Positions 1-9,258 of a stretch of DNA of 57,429 nt are shown in pieces (within the stretch, counting starts at the first letter, position 1; each line of letters opens with the position of its first letter). Source of the DNA: an uncultured Alphaproteobacteria bacterium. Lineage in GTDB: Bacteria > Pseudomonadota > Alphaproteobacteria > JAJFIK01. Both the position numbers and the translations under genes were made by a program. The stretch spans positions 2,492 through 59,920 of the forward strand of contig CAZFWG010000014.1 in NCBI GenBank assembly GCA_964522525.1. The letters run 5' to 3'. The notes under the pieces are model-generated. The model was not told the DNA's origin and ran no database searches. It was given only the letters and a program-made list of their open reading frames with translations.

Positions 1-621
1 GAGGAGATCGCGACCCTGGAGGATCCGGGGCTCTATCAATTGGAGCCCGAGGACGCCTGGCGGCGGCTCAAGACACGCAACACCTCCCGGAAATTCCTGG
101 CCATCGTCAAAGTGTTGGCGGCCTGGCGGGAACGGGAAGCCCAGACCCGGGACGTGCCCCGGGCACGGATCATCAAGGATGATGCGTTGTTGGAACTGGC
201 GGCCTCGGCGCCCAAGACCAAGGCGGATATGGATCGTCTGCGGGGCGTGCCCAAAGGGTTTGCCAATTCCGCGCAAGGGGCCGCCGCGCTTGCGGCCGTG
301 GCCGAAGGGCTGGCCCTGCCCCGCGAGGAAATCCCGGTGATCCAGAAACCGGCGCCCACGCCGCCGGGCACGGGTCCTCTGATGGATTTGTTACGGGTGC
401 TTTTGAAGAAAGTCTGCGAAGATCATGGCGTGGCGGCCAAACTGATCGCCACGAGCGCGGATCTGGAGCGGATTGCCTCGGACGACGCGGCGGATGTGCC
501 CGCCCTTTCGGGTTGGCGGCGCGAGATTTTCGGGGACGCCGCTTTGCGCCTCAAACAGGGCCGGCTCGCCCTCGGCGCCCGGGGCCGTTCGGTCGTCCTT
601 GTGGAGACGGATCAAGAATAA
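1..621 (+). CDS. rnd: Ribonuclease D, C-terminal part including HRDC domain (5' truncated by window)
   Basis: Open from base 1. PEDAWRRLK...LAAWREREAQTRDVPR.R..KDD.L.ELA and LIAT..DLERIA...L.GWRREIFG..ALRLK.G are typical alphaproteobacterial RNase D; rnd usually lies near ppx/ppk. Confidence 0.92.
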   Translation, partial: EEIATLEDPGLYQLEPEDAWRRLKTRNTSRKFLAIVKVLAAWREREAQTRDVPRARIIKDDALLELAASAPKTKADMDRLRGVPKGFANSAQGAAALAAVAEGLALPREEIPVIQKPAPTPPGTGPLMDLLRVLLKKVCEDHGVAAKLIATSADLERIASDDAADVPALSGWRREIFGDAALRLKQGRLALGARGRSVVLVETDQE

Positions 622-633
622 CAGGGGACCACA

Positions 634-855
634 ATGCCTTTGAACAGGGTGCCGCTCAAACAGGTGACGTTCCGTTCCCTTTTTGAGATCCTGTTCATGG
701 CCAACGCGCTGTTGTGGTTCCTCGCCATTCTTTCCTCGGTTTTCGGTCTCTTTTATTCCCTTACTGCTGCTGCATTCGGGGCGCTCCTGCTTCGGACATT
801 TGCCGCCATCGCACCGGTGTCAGACCTCCATTGTGAAGAGACGTTTGCTGACTAG
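634..855 (+). CDS. Small hydrophobic hypothetical membrane protein (possibly a remnant)
   Basis: ATG after AGGGGA-like RBS; two hydrophobic stretches; co-oriented between rnd and the GST-like gene. Confidence 0.5.
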   Translation: MPLNRVPLKQVTFRSLFEILFMANALLWFLAILSSVFGLFYSLTAAAFGALLLRTFAAIAPVSDLHCEETFAD

Positions 856-869
856 TCTGGAAGACAATC

Positions 870-1550
870 ATGGCAAAGACGCTTTCCCTGATTCTCGAAC
901 CGCTCCTCCTTACCCTCTCCACGGCCACCACGGTGAGCCGGTTCTGGGCCGGATGGCCGGGCCGGGCGCCCGCACGTCTGCCCGATCAGCCGGTCATTCT
1001 CTATGAATTCGAGGGCTGTCCCTTCTGCCGTATTGCCCGGGAAGCGGTCACGGAACTGCGCCTGCCGGCGGAAATCAGACCCTGCCCCAAAAACGGGGAG
1101 CACTTCCGCCCCCAGGTCCAGGAAATGGGCGGCAAAAGCCAGTTTCCCTATCTGATTGATCCGAATACGGACACCCGCATGTATGAGAGCGCCGATGTCG
1201 TGCGCTATCTCTACCGGACCTATGGCGGGCGCATGGCGCCCGTGTCCCTGTTTCTGGGGCCCTTGAACGCGCTTCTCTCCTCCCTCGGCCTCACCTTCCG
1301 GCTGGGCAGCGGGATGAGCCGTCGGGGCCGGACCGGGACAATCTCGGAACCCCTCGACATGTGGGGGGCGGAGGGCGACCCGCGGGCGAGGCTCCTGCGC
1401 GAACTCCTCTGTGAACTGGAACTGCCCCATATCCGCCGGCCCGGTCCCGGCCCTAATGGCAATCTCGTGGCCCTGTACGATCCCAATACGGACCATGCCG
1501 TGGGTGGCTCGCTTGCGGCCCGCGCCTATCTCCTTGAGCGCTATGGGTAG
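870..1550 (+). CDS. Glutaredoxin/GST N-terminal domain protein (two thioredoxin-fold repeats, second degenerate)
   Basis: LYEFEGCPFCR..RE..TEL, GGKSQFPYLIDPNT...MYESAD; second copy LRELLCELELP...LYDPNT. Confidence 0.85.
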   Translation: MAKTLSLILEPLLLTLSTATTVSRFWAGWPGRAPARLPDQPVILYEFEGCPFCRIAREAVTELRLPAEIRPCPKNGEHFRPQVQEMGGKSQFPYLIDPNTDTRMYESADVVRYLYRTYGGRMAPVSLFLGPLNALLSSLGLTFRLGSGMSRRGRTGTISEPLDMWGAEGDPRARLLRELLCELELPHIRRPGPGPNGNLVALYDPNTDHAVGGSLAARAYLLERYG

Positions 1551-1554
1551 ATCC

Positions 1555-2124
1555 ATGATCCGGTATCGCATCTTGGCGGCCGTCCTCCTCTCTCTCGGTC
1601 TCGGGGCGGCCGAGGCCCGGGCCATCGACCCACAGGAATGCGTGGCGTTCGCCGCCACGACCGACGGCCTTCGCGAGATCCGCAAGGGCGTCTTGGCCGA
1701 GATCAACGAGGTCCGCCGGGCCAACAGGCGCAACTGGCTGACCGTCAGTGTGCGCCTTGATCGCGCGGCCCAAGACCACGCCGAGGACATGGCCAGCCGC
1801 AGAGTCATGAGCCATTTCAGCGCGGATGAATCGACGGCCGGCGACCGCGCCCGGAGAGCGGCCTATATCTTCAAACGCGTCCAGGAAAACGTGGCCGTCG
1901 GAGACTTTACCGTAGACGGTGTCGTCCAAGCCTGGCTCGACAGTCCCTCCCACCGGGAGGCCATGCTTTGGAAGGAAGCCGAGGAAGTGGGGATCGGTTT
2001 CGCGATCGGCGAGCGGCCCCTGGTGGATGAAAAACAAGAAATCCGAGGCTGCTACTGGGTGCTGGTCCTTGGCGATCCGCTCTTCGATGTCAACTACGGC
2101 AGTCGGTTCCTGGATGGACGGTGA
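1555..2124 (+). CDS. Secreted CAP/SCP domain protein
   Basis: Signal peptide; INEVRR, AAQDHAEDMA, ENVAVG, W.DSP.HREAML, EVGIG, YWVLV motifs. Confidence 0.88.
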   Translation: MIRYRILAAVLLSLGLGAAEARAIDPQECVAFAATTDGLREIRKGVLAEINEVRRANRRNWLTVSVRLDRAAQDHAEDMASRRVMSHFSADESTAGDRARRAAYIFKRVQENVAVGDFTVDGVVQAWLDSPSHREAMLWKEAEEVGIGFAIGERPLVDEKQEIRGCYWVLVLGDPLFDVNYGSRFLDGR

Positions 2125-2134
2125 CGATGAAAGC

Positions 2135-2162
2135 TTGACAGCCTGAGGCTGGCGCGTAGGTT
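2135..2162 (+). promoter_or_regulatory. Putative sigma70 promoter of the uORF-yjhX transcript
   Basis: TTGACA (2135-2140), 16-nt spacer, TAGGTT (2157-2162). Confidence 0.55.
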
Positions 2163-2179
2163 CACGTCTTCCTTTCGCA

Positions 2180-2306
2180 GGAGTGTTGATGTCTTTCTGT
2201 TCTGAGGCCCGGTAAGGCCTGTCCCCCGTCGGACAGGCAGTTTTGAGAACACCTCGCGGAACCACCGCGACGGTCCGGGTTCCTTATTGTCAGAGCAGAA
2301 ATCTCC
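2180..2306 (+). promoter_or_regulatory. Structured 5' leader (candidate translational attenuator) of the yjhX-family gene
   Basis: TTTCTGTTCTGA 2194-2205 pairs with TCAGAGCAGAAA 2290-2301; GGCCCGG 2206-2212 with CCGGGTT 2275-2281; inner hairpins 2217-2238 and 2254-2270. Confidence 0.7.
2189..2215 (+). CDS. Putative leader peptide/uORF MSFCSEAR
   Basis: AGGAG RBS at 2179-2183, ATG 2189, TAA 2213-2215; it covers the 5' strand of the leader's outer stem. Confidence 0.6.
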   Translation: MSFCSEAR

Positions 2307-2564
2307 ATGAATGTCTCCAAACGGGAGCAACGCGTGCTGCACGCGCTTGCCCAGGGCGGTGCCGTGATTCTGGAGCGGGACGAAAGGCGCAAGATCATCG
2401 CCGCGTCCTGCGTCACACGGGAGGGGTGGACCCTCGCCGATACCGACCTTTCCTTGTTCAGACGCTTGAAGCGGCGGGGGCTGATCGCCTCGCGCGGGGG
2501 CGGCCCCTATCGGATCACCGAACGGGGTCTTGTCGCGGTCCGTCCCCAGATGAACAACCGCTGA
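2307..2564 (+). CDS. YjhX/TopAI family (UPF0386) protein
   Basis: MN.SK.EQRVLHALAQGG, C.TREGW.L, F.RLKRR.LI.SRGG.PYRIT..GL.AVR.Q..NR; 85 aa, matching the family pattern. Confidence 0.9.
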   Translation: MNVSKREQRVLHALAQGGAVILERDERRKIIAASCVTREGWTLADTDLSLFRRLKRRGLIASRGGGPYRITERGLVAVRPQMNNR

Positions 2565-2594
2565 CAACACAGCCCCACCCCAAACAAAAGAGGC

Positions 2595-2632
2595 CGACGC
2601 GGCCGGAGGCACGTCCTGCTTCGGCCGCGTCG
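2595..2632. terminator. Long GC-rich hairpin downstream of the yjhX-like gene
   Basis: CGACGCGGCCGGAGGCA-cgtcc-TGCTTCGGCCGCGTCG. Confidence 0.5.
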
Positions 2633-2709
2633 ATCACAGGTCTGGCCGCTGACGCGGGACTTTGCTAAAGCCTTGTGTCGGGGGACAGGTTCGGCGCGGG
2701 GAGGCCGTC

Positions 2710-3438
2710 ATGCTTCACTTTCTGAGACTGCCGCTTTTTTTCACGACGCTCTTCGCCATCCTGCTCAAACCCCTGACCTTTTTCCGGGACTTCCATGCCC
2801 TTGTCACAAACCGTGAGGGGCGTTTCTTCGATATCAACGCGGAGAAAGAGGGCGATCCCTATCTGGGCCCCGTCAAGTTCGCGGCGCTTGCCATCGTGCT
2901 TTCCAATCTGCTCTTCCCCTTCACCCTGTCGCTGGGCGTCCAGGTCGGCGCGGTCAGCCAGGAATTCGTCGCCTTTGCCGACTGGGCGAAGGAGACCGGC
3001 TATCTGGATCCCATCCGTTTCACCGGCATCGGCTTCATCGACAAGTTCCTTCGCGACATCCTGGCCCTGATCGTTTTCTATGGCCTCGGTGTGCTGATCA
3101 GCCTCTATTCGGGCGGGATCATCCCGTTCCGTTTTGCGGCCGGCTATTTCTACTATTGGAATGCCTGGAGCGTGCTGAGCGCCTTTGTGGGCATCGCAAT
3201 GATCCTCGTGTCCTTCTTCATTCCCCTGTATCAGACCGGCTTTCCCATGATTGTCGATCTCGGGATCAATCTCATCAGCATGTTCATGTTCATCGGCTTT
3301 CCGATCCTGTTCTGGCCTCGTTTCATCGACATTTCCATGGGCCGCGCCGCGATCGCCGTCATCGGCGGTCTGGCGACCTGGATTGCAGCCATTGCGATCA
3401 TCGTGCCCTTGTTCGTCACGATGCCGGAGTTCGGATAG
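2710..3438 (+). CDS. Hypothetical polytopic membrane protein
   Basis: GGGGAGG RBS before ATG 2710; about six hydrophobic segments; host-like codon use. Confidence 0.75.
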   Translation: MLHFLRLPLFFTTLFAILLKPLTFFRDFHALVTNREGRFFDINAEKEGDPYLGPVKFAALAIVLSNLLFPFTLSLGVQVGAVSQEFVAFADWAKETGYLDPIRFTGIGFIDKFLRDILALIVFYGLGVLISLYSGGIIPFRFAAGYFYYWNAWSVLSAFVGIAMILVSFFIPLYQTGFPMIVDLGINLISMFMFIGFPILFWPRFIDISMGRAAIAVIGGLATWIAAIAIIVPLFVTMPEFG

Positions 3439-3456
3439 GTTAGGAGCGATGCGTCG

Positions 3457-4314
3457 TTACTTGCGCGTGAGGCCCAGCCTTCCGCAGATCAGTCGGTCGA
3501 CCATCCGCCGGGGAAGGAGATTGGGCAAAAGCCAATTCGTGACATAGCCGGGCACGACGGCATAGCGCCATTTGGGCTTGCGCGCGGTCAATGCGTTCAA
3601 CACGGCCCGGCCCAGTTTTTCCGGAGGAAACCCGCTGCGGCCCTGCTCCAGGAAATAGTCGGCAAACTTCTGCAAGGCGGGCTCATAGTCGGTCCCCTCA
3701 TAGGGGCCGAGGCCCACATCTTCCGCCTTGCCCCAGATCGGTGTCGCCACGGCACCGGGTCCGATGATGATCACATCGATCCCATAGAGATCAAGCTCCC
3801 GGCGCAGGCTGTCCGATACCCCTTCCAGCGCGAATTTGGACGCGGCATAGGCGCCAAGAAACGGCGCTCCCATCTTTCCGCCAATGGAACTCATATTGAT
3901 GATCCGGCCCGGATCGCCGGTGCGCGTGGCGTCCATGCCCAGGAGAGGCAGAAAAGCCTGGGTGACAATGATCTGCCCGACGACATTGACCTCAAGTTGC
4001 TGGCGGAAATCATCGACGGGCTGATGGGCCAGCGGTCCGAAAACGGCGATGCCCGCATTGTTGACGAGGCCCGCCAGCCGGGTCGAGCCCAGGGCTTCTC
4101 CGACCTGGGCGGCCCCGCGCGCGACGGCTTGGGCGTCCGTCACGTCGAACAGCAATGGCGTAAAGTGCTTGCCGAATTCTTCCCGAAGCCGGGCGCCGTC
4201 CTCTTCCTTCCGGACACTGCCGAAAACATGATAGCCCGCCCCCGTGAGGACTTTCACGCAACCCCACCCGATCCCCGTCGAGGACCCCGTGACAACAACG
4301 CTCTTCATGGGCAT
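3457..4314 (-). CDS. SDR family oxidoreductase
   Basis: VTGSSTGIG, NNAG and YAASK motifs; start could also be 4308. Confidence 0.92.
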   Translation of the reverse strand: MPMKSVVVTGSSTGIGWGCVKVLTGAGYHVFGSVRKEEDGARLREEFGKHFTPLLFDVTDAQAVARGAAQVGEALGSTRLAGLVNNAGIAVFGPLAHQPVDDFRQQLEVNVVGQIIVTQAFLPLLGMDATRTGDPGRIINMSSIGGKMGAPFLGAYAASKFALEGVSDSLRRELDLYGIDVIIIGPGAVATPIWGKAEDVGLGPYEGTDYEPALQKFADYFLEQGRSGFPPEKLGRAVLNALTARKPKWRYAVVPGYVTNWLLPNLLPRRMVDRLICGRLGLTRK

Positions 4315-4331
4315 CACCCCTGCACCAACCC

Positions 4332-5936
4332 TCAGGCCACGGCCAGTTCATGGCCGCCAAGGCCCACGATCTGGGCCAGTTGCTTGAGCCGTTTGTCCAC
4401 GTCATAGCTCTTGAGCGCGGCCGTGGGCCCCATCAGGGTCAGGACCAGCCGTCGGCCTTTGACACTCAGATTGGCATGCTGCAACAGATCGGAGGCGCCA
4501 CCCGTCAACTCAAAGGCCAGATGGAGGGCATGGCCCAATGTGCGCGCATGGGCCACGAGATCCCGGGAAATGGCCGGGCTGCCCGCATGCATGACCGAGC
4601 CCAATAGACCTTCATAGGTCTGGATCTGTGTGTAGCGATACCAGAGGGTCAGCGCGAGAAAGACCCGGCCCGGATGATCAATCCCGATCAGGGGCGCCGA
4701 CAGGACCAATTCGGCGGTGCGGTTCGCACGGTTGTCGGTATGGAAGCCCCATCCCACATCGGCCAGGATGCTGGCCGCCCGGCGCAAGCGGATACGGTCG
4801 GCCCGTTCCTCCGCTGTCAGACGGGTCACAGGAACCGGCGCATCCGGTTCATCGAACAGGGGCGCCATCCATTCGTTGACATGACCATCGTCGATCACGG
4901 TGCGGGCCATGCGCCCGGCCATGGCATAGGCGCCTTCGATCAATGGATCGCGGGCCCGCATATCCAGGTCGAGATTCTGGAAAACCAGTCCTTCCCGGAC
5001 ACCATGGCCGGAAATAACCACATGCCGCGCACCGATCGTCTTGACCAGCGTCTCGAGCGCCACGCTTGCCGGACGAATATACATTTGCCGGCGTATTTTC
5101 AGAGTGCGAACGGCCGCCATAGCAGCGGGATCACGTTTGCGGATGGCGCGGACCAGAATCTCAACTTCGCCCGTGTGCATGCAGTAGCCGTCGAGAATAT
5201 TGAGCGGATAGCCCCGATAGGCCATATGGGCGCGGGCGAAATTGCGCCAATTGCCTCCGACAGCATAGAAGTCATACCCGGCCGCGGCCCTCAACCAGGG
5301 AAGGCGGGCCAATTCACTGACAACATGTTCCGCCACATGACGGTCATTGGCGGCGTCGCCGGGTTGAAGGCGCAGGACACCCAGCGGCAGGGACGCAGTT
5401 TCGTGGATCTGGCCATCCTCGATGCGCGCCAGCTCCAGGCTTCCGCCGCCGAGGTCCCCGACAATTCCCCGGGCCCAGGGCAGGCCTGAAAGCACGCCGG
5501 CCGCCGCGAAACAGGCTTCTTCGGCTTCCGACAGCACACGGATGGACACACCGAGCGCCTTCTCGGCGCCTGCCAGGAACGCCTGCCGGCTTTCAGGCTC
5601 CGCATCCCGCACGGCCGCCGTCGCCACGGCCAACATGTCGGATACCCCATAATATCGGGAGATCACGGCGAAGCGGGACAAGACGTCGAGGGCGTCGGCG
5701 ACCCGCTCCTTGTTGAGCGGCAGCCCCAGGGCCACCTCCCGACCAAGCTCACACCCCACTTTTTCATTGAAAATGACACTCGGCGCCCGGTTCCGACCCT
5801 CGAAAATCACGAGGCGGACGGAATTGGAGCCGATATCGATGACGCCCACGGGACGTTCGGTCAGGGTTTCGACCAGGGTTTTGGGATACCCGGTTGGTTT
5901 GGTCATGGTCTTCGCCGACTGCTTGAGGGGTTTCAT
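4332..5936 (-). CDS. ppx: Exopolyphosphatase (Ppx/GppA family)
   Basis: IDIGSNSVRL, ATAAVRDA, DLGGGSLEL and GVREG motifs; downstream of ppk1. Confidence 0.92.
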   Translation of the reverse strand: MKPLKQSAKTMTKPTGYPKTLVETLTERPVGVIDIGSNSVRLVIFEGRNRAPSVIFNEKVGCELGREVALGLPLNKERVADALDVLSRFAVISRYYGVSDMLAVATAAVRDAEPESRQAFLAGAEKALGVSIRVLSEAEEACFAAAGVLSGLPWARGIVGDLGGGSLELARIEDGQIHETASLPLGVLRLQPGDAANDRHVAEHVVSELARLPWLRAAAGYDFYAVGGNWRNFARAHMAYRGYPLNILDGYCMHTGEVEILVRAIRKRDPAAMAAVRTLKIRRQMYIRPASVALETLVKTIGARHVVISGHGVREGLVFQNLDLDMRARDPLIEGAYAMAGRMARTVIDDGHVNEWMAPLFDEPDAPVPVTRLTAEERADRIRLRRAASILADVGWGFHTDNRANRTAELVLSAPLIGIDHPGRVFLALTLWYRYTQIQTYEGLLGSVMHAGSPAISRDLVAHARTLGHALHLAFELTGGASDLLQHANLSVKGRRLVLTLMGPTAALKSYDVDKRLKQLAQIVGLGGHELAVA

Positions 5937-6029
5937 GGGCAGATCCTAACCCGCTTGTTCCGAGAGGGATGATCCGTCGGCGGGATCGTCAGATGGCCCA
6001 AAGGCCCCCTTCCTGTCGCGCCGTTACAT

Positions 6030-8342
6030 TCAGTCTCCAATTTCAACTTCCGGCGGGCGATCATATTCGATCGCCCGGCCCCGGCCGGAAAGGCTGGGAT
6101 TGTTCATAAAATAGCGATGGGCGCTGAAACCGTCTTCCTTGCGGCGCGGATAGATGCGTCGGTAGGAGCCGTCGGAACCCAGTACCCAGCTTTGCTCATT
6201 GTCCTTGAGATTGGCCACCATGATCTGGAACAGCACCTGTTGATGGACCGTTTCGTTTTCGACGGGCACCAAGGTTTCGACACGACGGTCGAGGTTTCGT
6301 GGCATCCAGTCGGCAGAAGAAATGTAGACCTTCGCCTCCGTCGAGGGCAATTCACGACCATTGCCGAAACAGACAATGCGCGAATGCTCCAGGAACCGGC
6401 CGATGATGCTCTTGACGTGGATGTTCTCCGAAAGTCCGGGGACACCGGGACGCAGGCAACAGATGCCGCGCACGATCAGGTGAACCTGGACCCCGCATTG
6501 GCTGGCGCGATAGAGCGTATCGATGACCGTGGGATCCACGAGACTGTTCATTTTCGCCCAGATCGTCGCCGGCCGCCCAGCACGGGCATGGGCCATCTCC
6601 GCCTCGATATGTTCAAGCAGCTTGGCGCGGATGCCGCCCGGCGAGAGCGAGATCTTCCGCAACCCCCGCGGCACCGTGAACCCCGTGACATAGTTGAAGG
6701 CGCGCACGGCGTCCGCGCCCAGTTCGGGGTTGGCGCTGAACACGGAGAGGTCCGTATAGACCTTGGCCGTACCCGGATGATAATTGCCCGTCCCGAAATG
6801 GACATAGGAGACGAGCCGGCCGCCCTCCCGGCGCACCCCGAGGCTCTACTTGGCGTGGGTCTTGAGCTCCATCAACCCGTAGACGACCTGGACCCCTGCA
6901 TATTCCATTTCCCGGGCCCAGCCGATATTGGCCTCCTCGTCGAACCGCGCCTTCAACTCGACAAGGGCGGTCACGGACTTGCCCGCCTCGGCCGCCTGGA
7001 TTAGGGCCTCGACGATCGGGGAATCATCCGAGGTGCGATACAGCGTCTGTTTGACGGCCACCACATCAGGATCCCGCGCGGCCTGACGCAAGAACTGGAC
7101 GACCACGTCGAAGGATTCATAGGGGTGGTGAACAATAATGTCTTTCTGCTGAATGGCAGCGAAGCAGTCGCCCCCCAGTTCGCGAATGCGCTCCGGAAAG
7201 CGGGCATTGAAGGGCGTGAATTTCAGATCCGGCCGGTCATCGACAATGAGCTGGGCGGTCTCCGCGAGGCCGACCTCCCCTTCGACGAGTGCCACCTGGA
7301 CGGACGGCGCCTCAAGCTCGGTTATGATGAAGGAGCGCAACTCCTCCGGCATATTCATATTGATCTTCATATGGATGACCTGGCCCTTGCGGCGCTGACG
7401 CAAGAGATGCTCAAAGAGGCGCATCAGGTCTTCCGCCTCTTCCTCGACCTCGATGTCGCTGTCCCGCAGGATACGGAACGCCCCGTGATCGACGACGGAA
7501 TAGCCCGCAAAGAGCATGGGCAGGAATTCCGCGATCACATGTTCGAGCGACAGGAAGCGGATCTCGCCCCAGCCATTGCCTTGGGTATTGACCGTTGGCA
7601 GGCGGATGAAGCGTTCGAGCTGGGCCGGAACCGGCAGGATGGCATTCATCGGATGGCCGTCACTGTCCCGGCGAAGTTTCAGGACAAGGGCAAAGCCCCG
7701 ATTGGCGATGAAGGGAAAGGGATGGGTCGGTCCGGTGGCCAGGGGGGTCAGCACCGGAAAGACATGGGCCTCGAAATAGTCCCGCAGCCAGGCCCGTTCC
7801 TCCGCCGTCAGCTCCTGTGGTTTGAGGACGCTGATCCCGTTCGCGCGCAGGGCCGTGCGCAGGGTCTGCCAGATTTCCTGCTGTTCGAGGATCAGATCAT
7901 TGGCCCGGCGGTTGACCTTCTCCAATTGTTGGGCGGGCGTGAGGCCGTCCTGGCTGACGGGCGCGATCCCCGCCTGGATCTGGTCCACGAGGCCCGCGAC
8001 CCGGACCATGTAGAACTCGTCCAGGTTCGACGCGGAAATCGAGAGAAAGCGCACCCGCTCCAGCAGGGGATGCTTGGTGTTGGCGGCTTCCTCAAGGACG
8101 CGTTTGTTGAACGCGAGCCAGGACAATTCCCGATTAATGAAACGCCGGGGCGAGGCCATGGTGAAGGCCGCGTCGGGACCGACAGGCACCGCCAGGGGCG
8201 GCTGTTCCACCCCGTGTGCCTCAAGCTCCATCCCGTTGCGCACGCCCGGTGCCGCGATGAAACCGTGATCCTCTCCATTGGCCGCCGGGACGTCGGGAAG
8301 ACCCGTCTCTGACCTGCGGGGATCGGATTGATCGACGCTCAT
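6030..8342 (-). pseudogene. ppk1: Polyphosphate kinase 1 interrupted by a single in-frame TAG at 6846-6848 (real or sequencing error)
   Basis: [79 protein letters not shown]; both ORF halves are in the same frame. Confidence 0.88.
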
Positions 8343-8459
8343 GGCTCCGCCCTCCATAACCATTGATCTGGTCATCCCGCCCAGAGAATACGGCGTGCGG
8401 CCCCTCGCCCCAGGAACCATCGCCAGCCCTTCCACCATAGTGGATCGGGTTATCCACTG

Positions 8460-9233
8460 TCATGTCCCCGGCTTGGATACCTGTTCGTGCGTTTCCTCGA
8501 AACGCGTCAGGATTTCCATGGCCAAACGGGTGGTGATGGGCTTCTTGCGCACGAGCGCCGTGCGGTCGAGCCATGCAACCAGGGCCTGGGCGGTGAGGAA
8601 CGAACGTTCCATGCGCACCGTTAAATAATCGATGACACCGGGCGCGACGGTGATTTGGCGGTCCCGAAACAGCTTGGCGAGCAGCTCCGCCAGGACCGCG
8701 TCATCGGGCGCGGCCAGTTCCGTCGACGGCATGGCCCGCAACCGGCTTTTGAGGTCCGCGCGCTCGAAGGACCAGGCGGCCGGATGGCTCCGCGCCGTCA
8801 GAAGCAGGGCCGCGCCCTGTTCCCGCGCCAGGTTGATGAGATGAAAAAGGGCGGCCTCTTCGCTGACCGGGCCGTCCCCCAGCTCCAGGGCCAGGGCCCC
8901 CGGTTTCAGGAGGTCCGGCACCGCCTCGACCGTCAGGCCCTCCTGCGCCATCACGGCCGCTCCGGTTCGTTGCGCCCAGATATGGGCAAGGTGGGTCTTG
9001 CCGGATCCGGCTGGTCCGACCAGGAGGCACCAGGGCGCGCTCCAGCCGGGCCAGGCCTCGATCAAGGTCATGGCGGCCCGATTGCATTCGGACACGCAAA
9101 AGGCCGCGCGATCGAAGGCGGTTCGGACCGGCAGCTCAAGGAGCAATTGGCCGTCGCGGGGGTGGTTTTGGCGCGGCGGATCGTCGGGCGCGCAAGCCGC
9201 GCCCGGATCGGTGTCGGGGGGTCGACTTGTCAT
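8460..9233 (-). CDS. hdaA: DnaA regulatory inactivator HdaA (Hda-like AAA+)
   Basis: QLLLEL clamp-binding-like motif, GPAGSGKTHL, LFHLIN, DLKSRL, RMERS. Confidence 0.85.
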   Translation of the reverse strand: MTSRPPDTDPGAACAPDDPPRQNHPRDGQLLLELPVRTAFDRAAFCVSECNRAAMTLIEAWPGWSAPWCLLVGPAGSGKTHLAHIWAQRTGAAVMAQEGLTVEAVPDLLKPGALALELGDGPVSEEAALFHLINLAREQGAALLLTARSHPAAWSFERADLKSRLRAMPSTELAAPDDAVLAELLAKLFRDRQITVAPGVIDYLTVRMERSFLTAQALVAWLDRTALVRKKPITTRLAMEILTRFEETHEQVSKPGT

Positions 9234-9258
9234 GGTTTCTGGCGCAGGGGAAACGGCA

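Noticed and set aside
6846-6848. Pyrrolysine or programmed amber recoding in ppk1
   Set aside because: Other genes here use TAG as a normal stop (e.g. surA, rsmA, lptF), no pyl genes are visible, and neighbouring substitutions favour sequence error.
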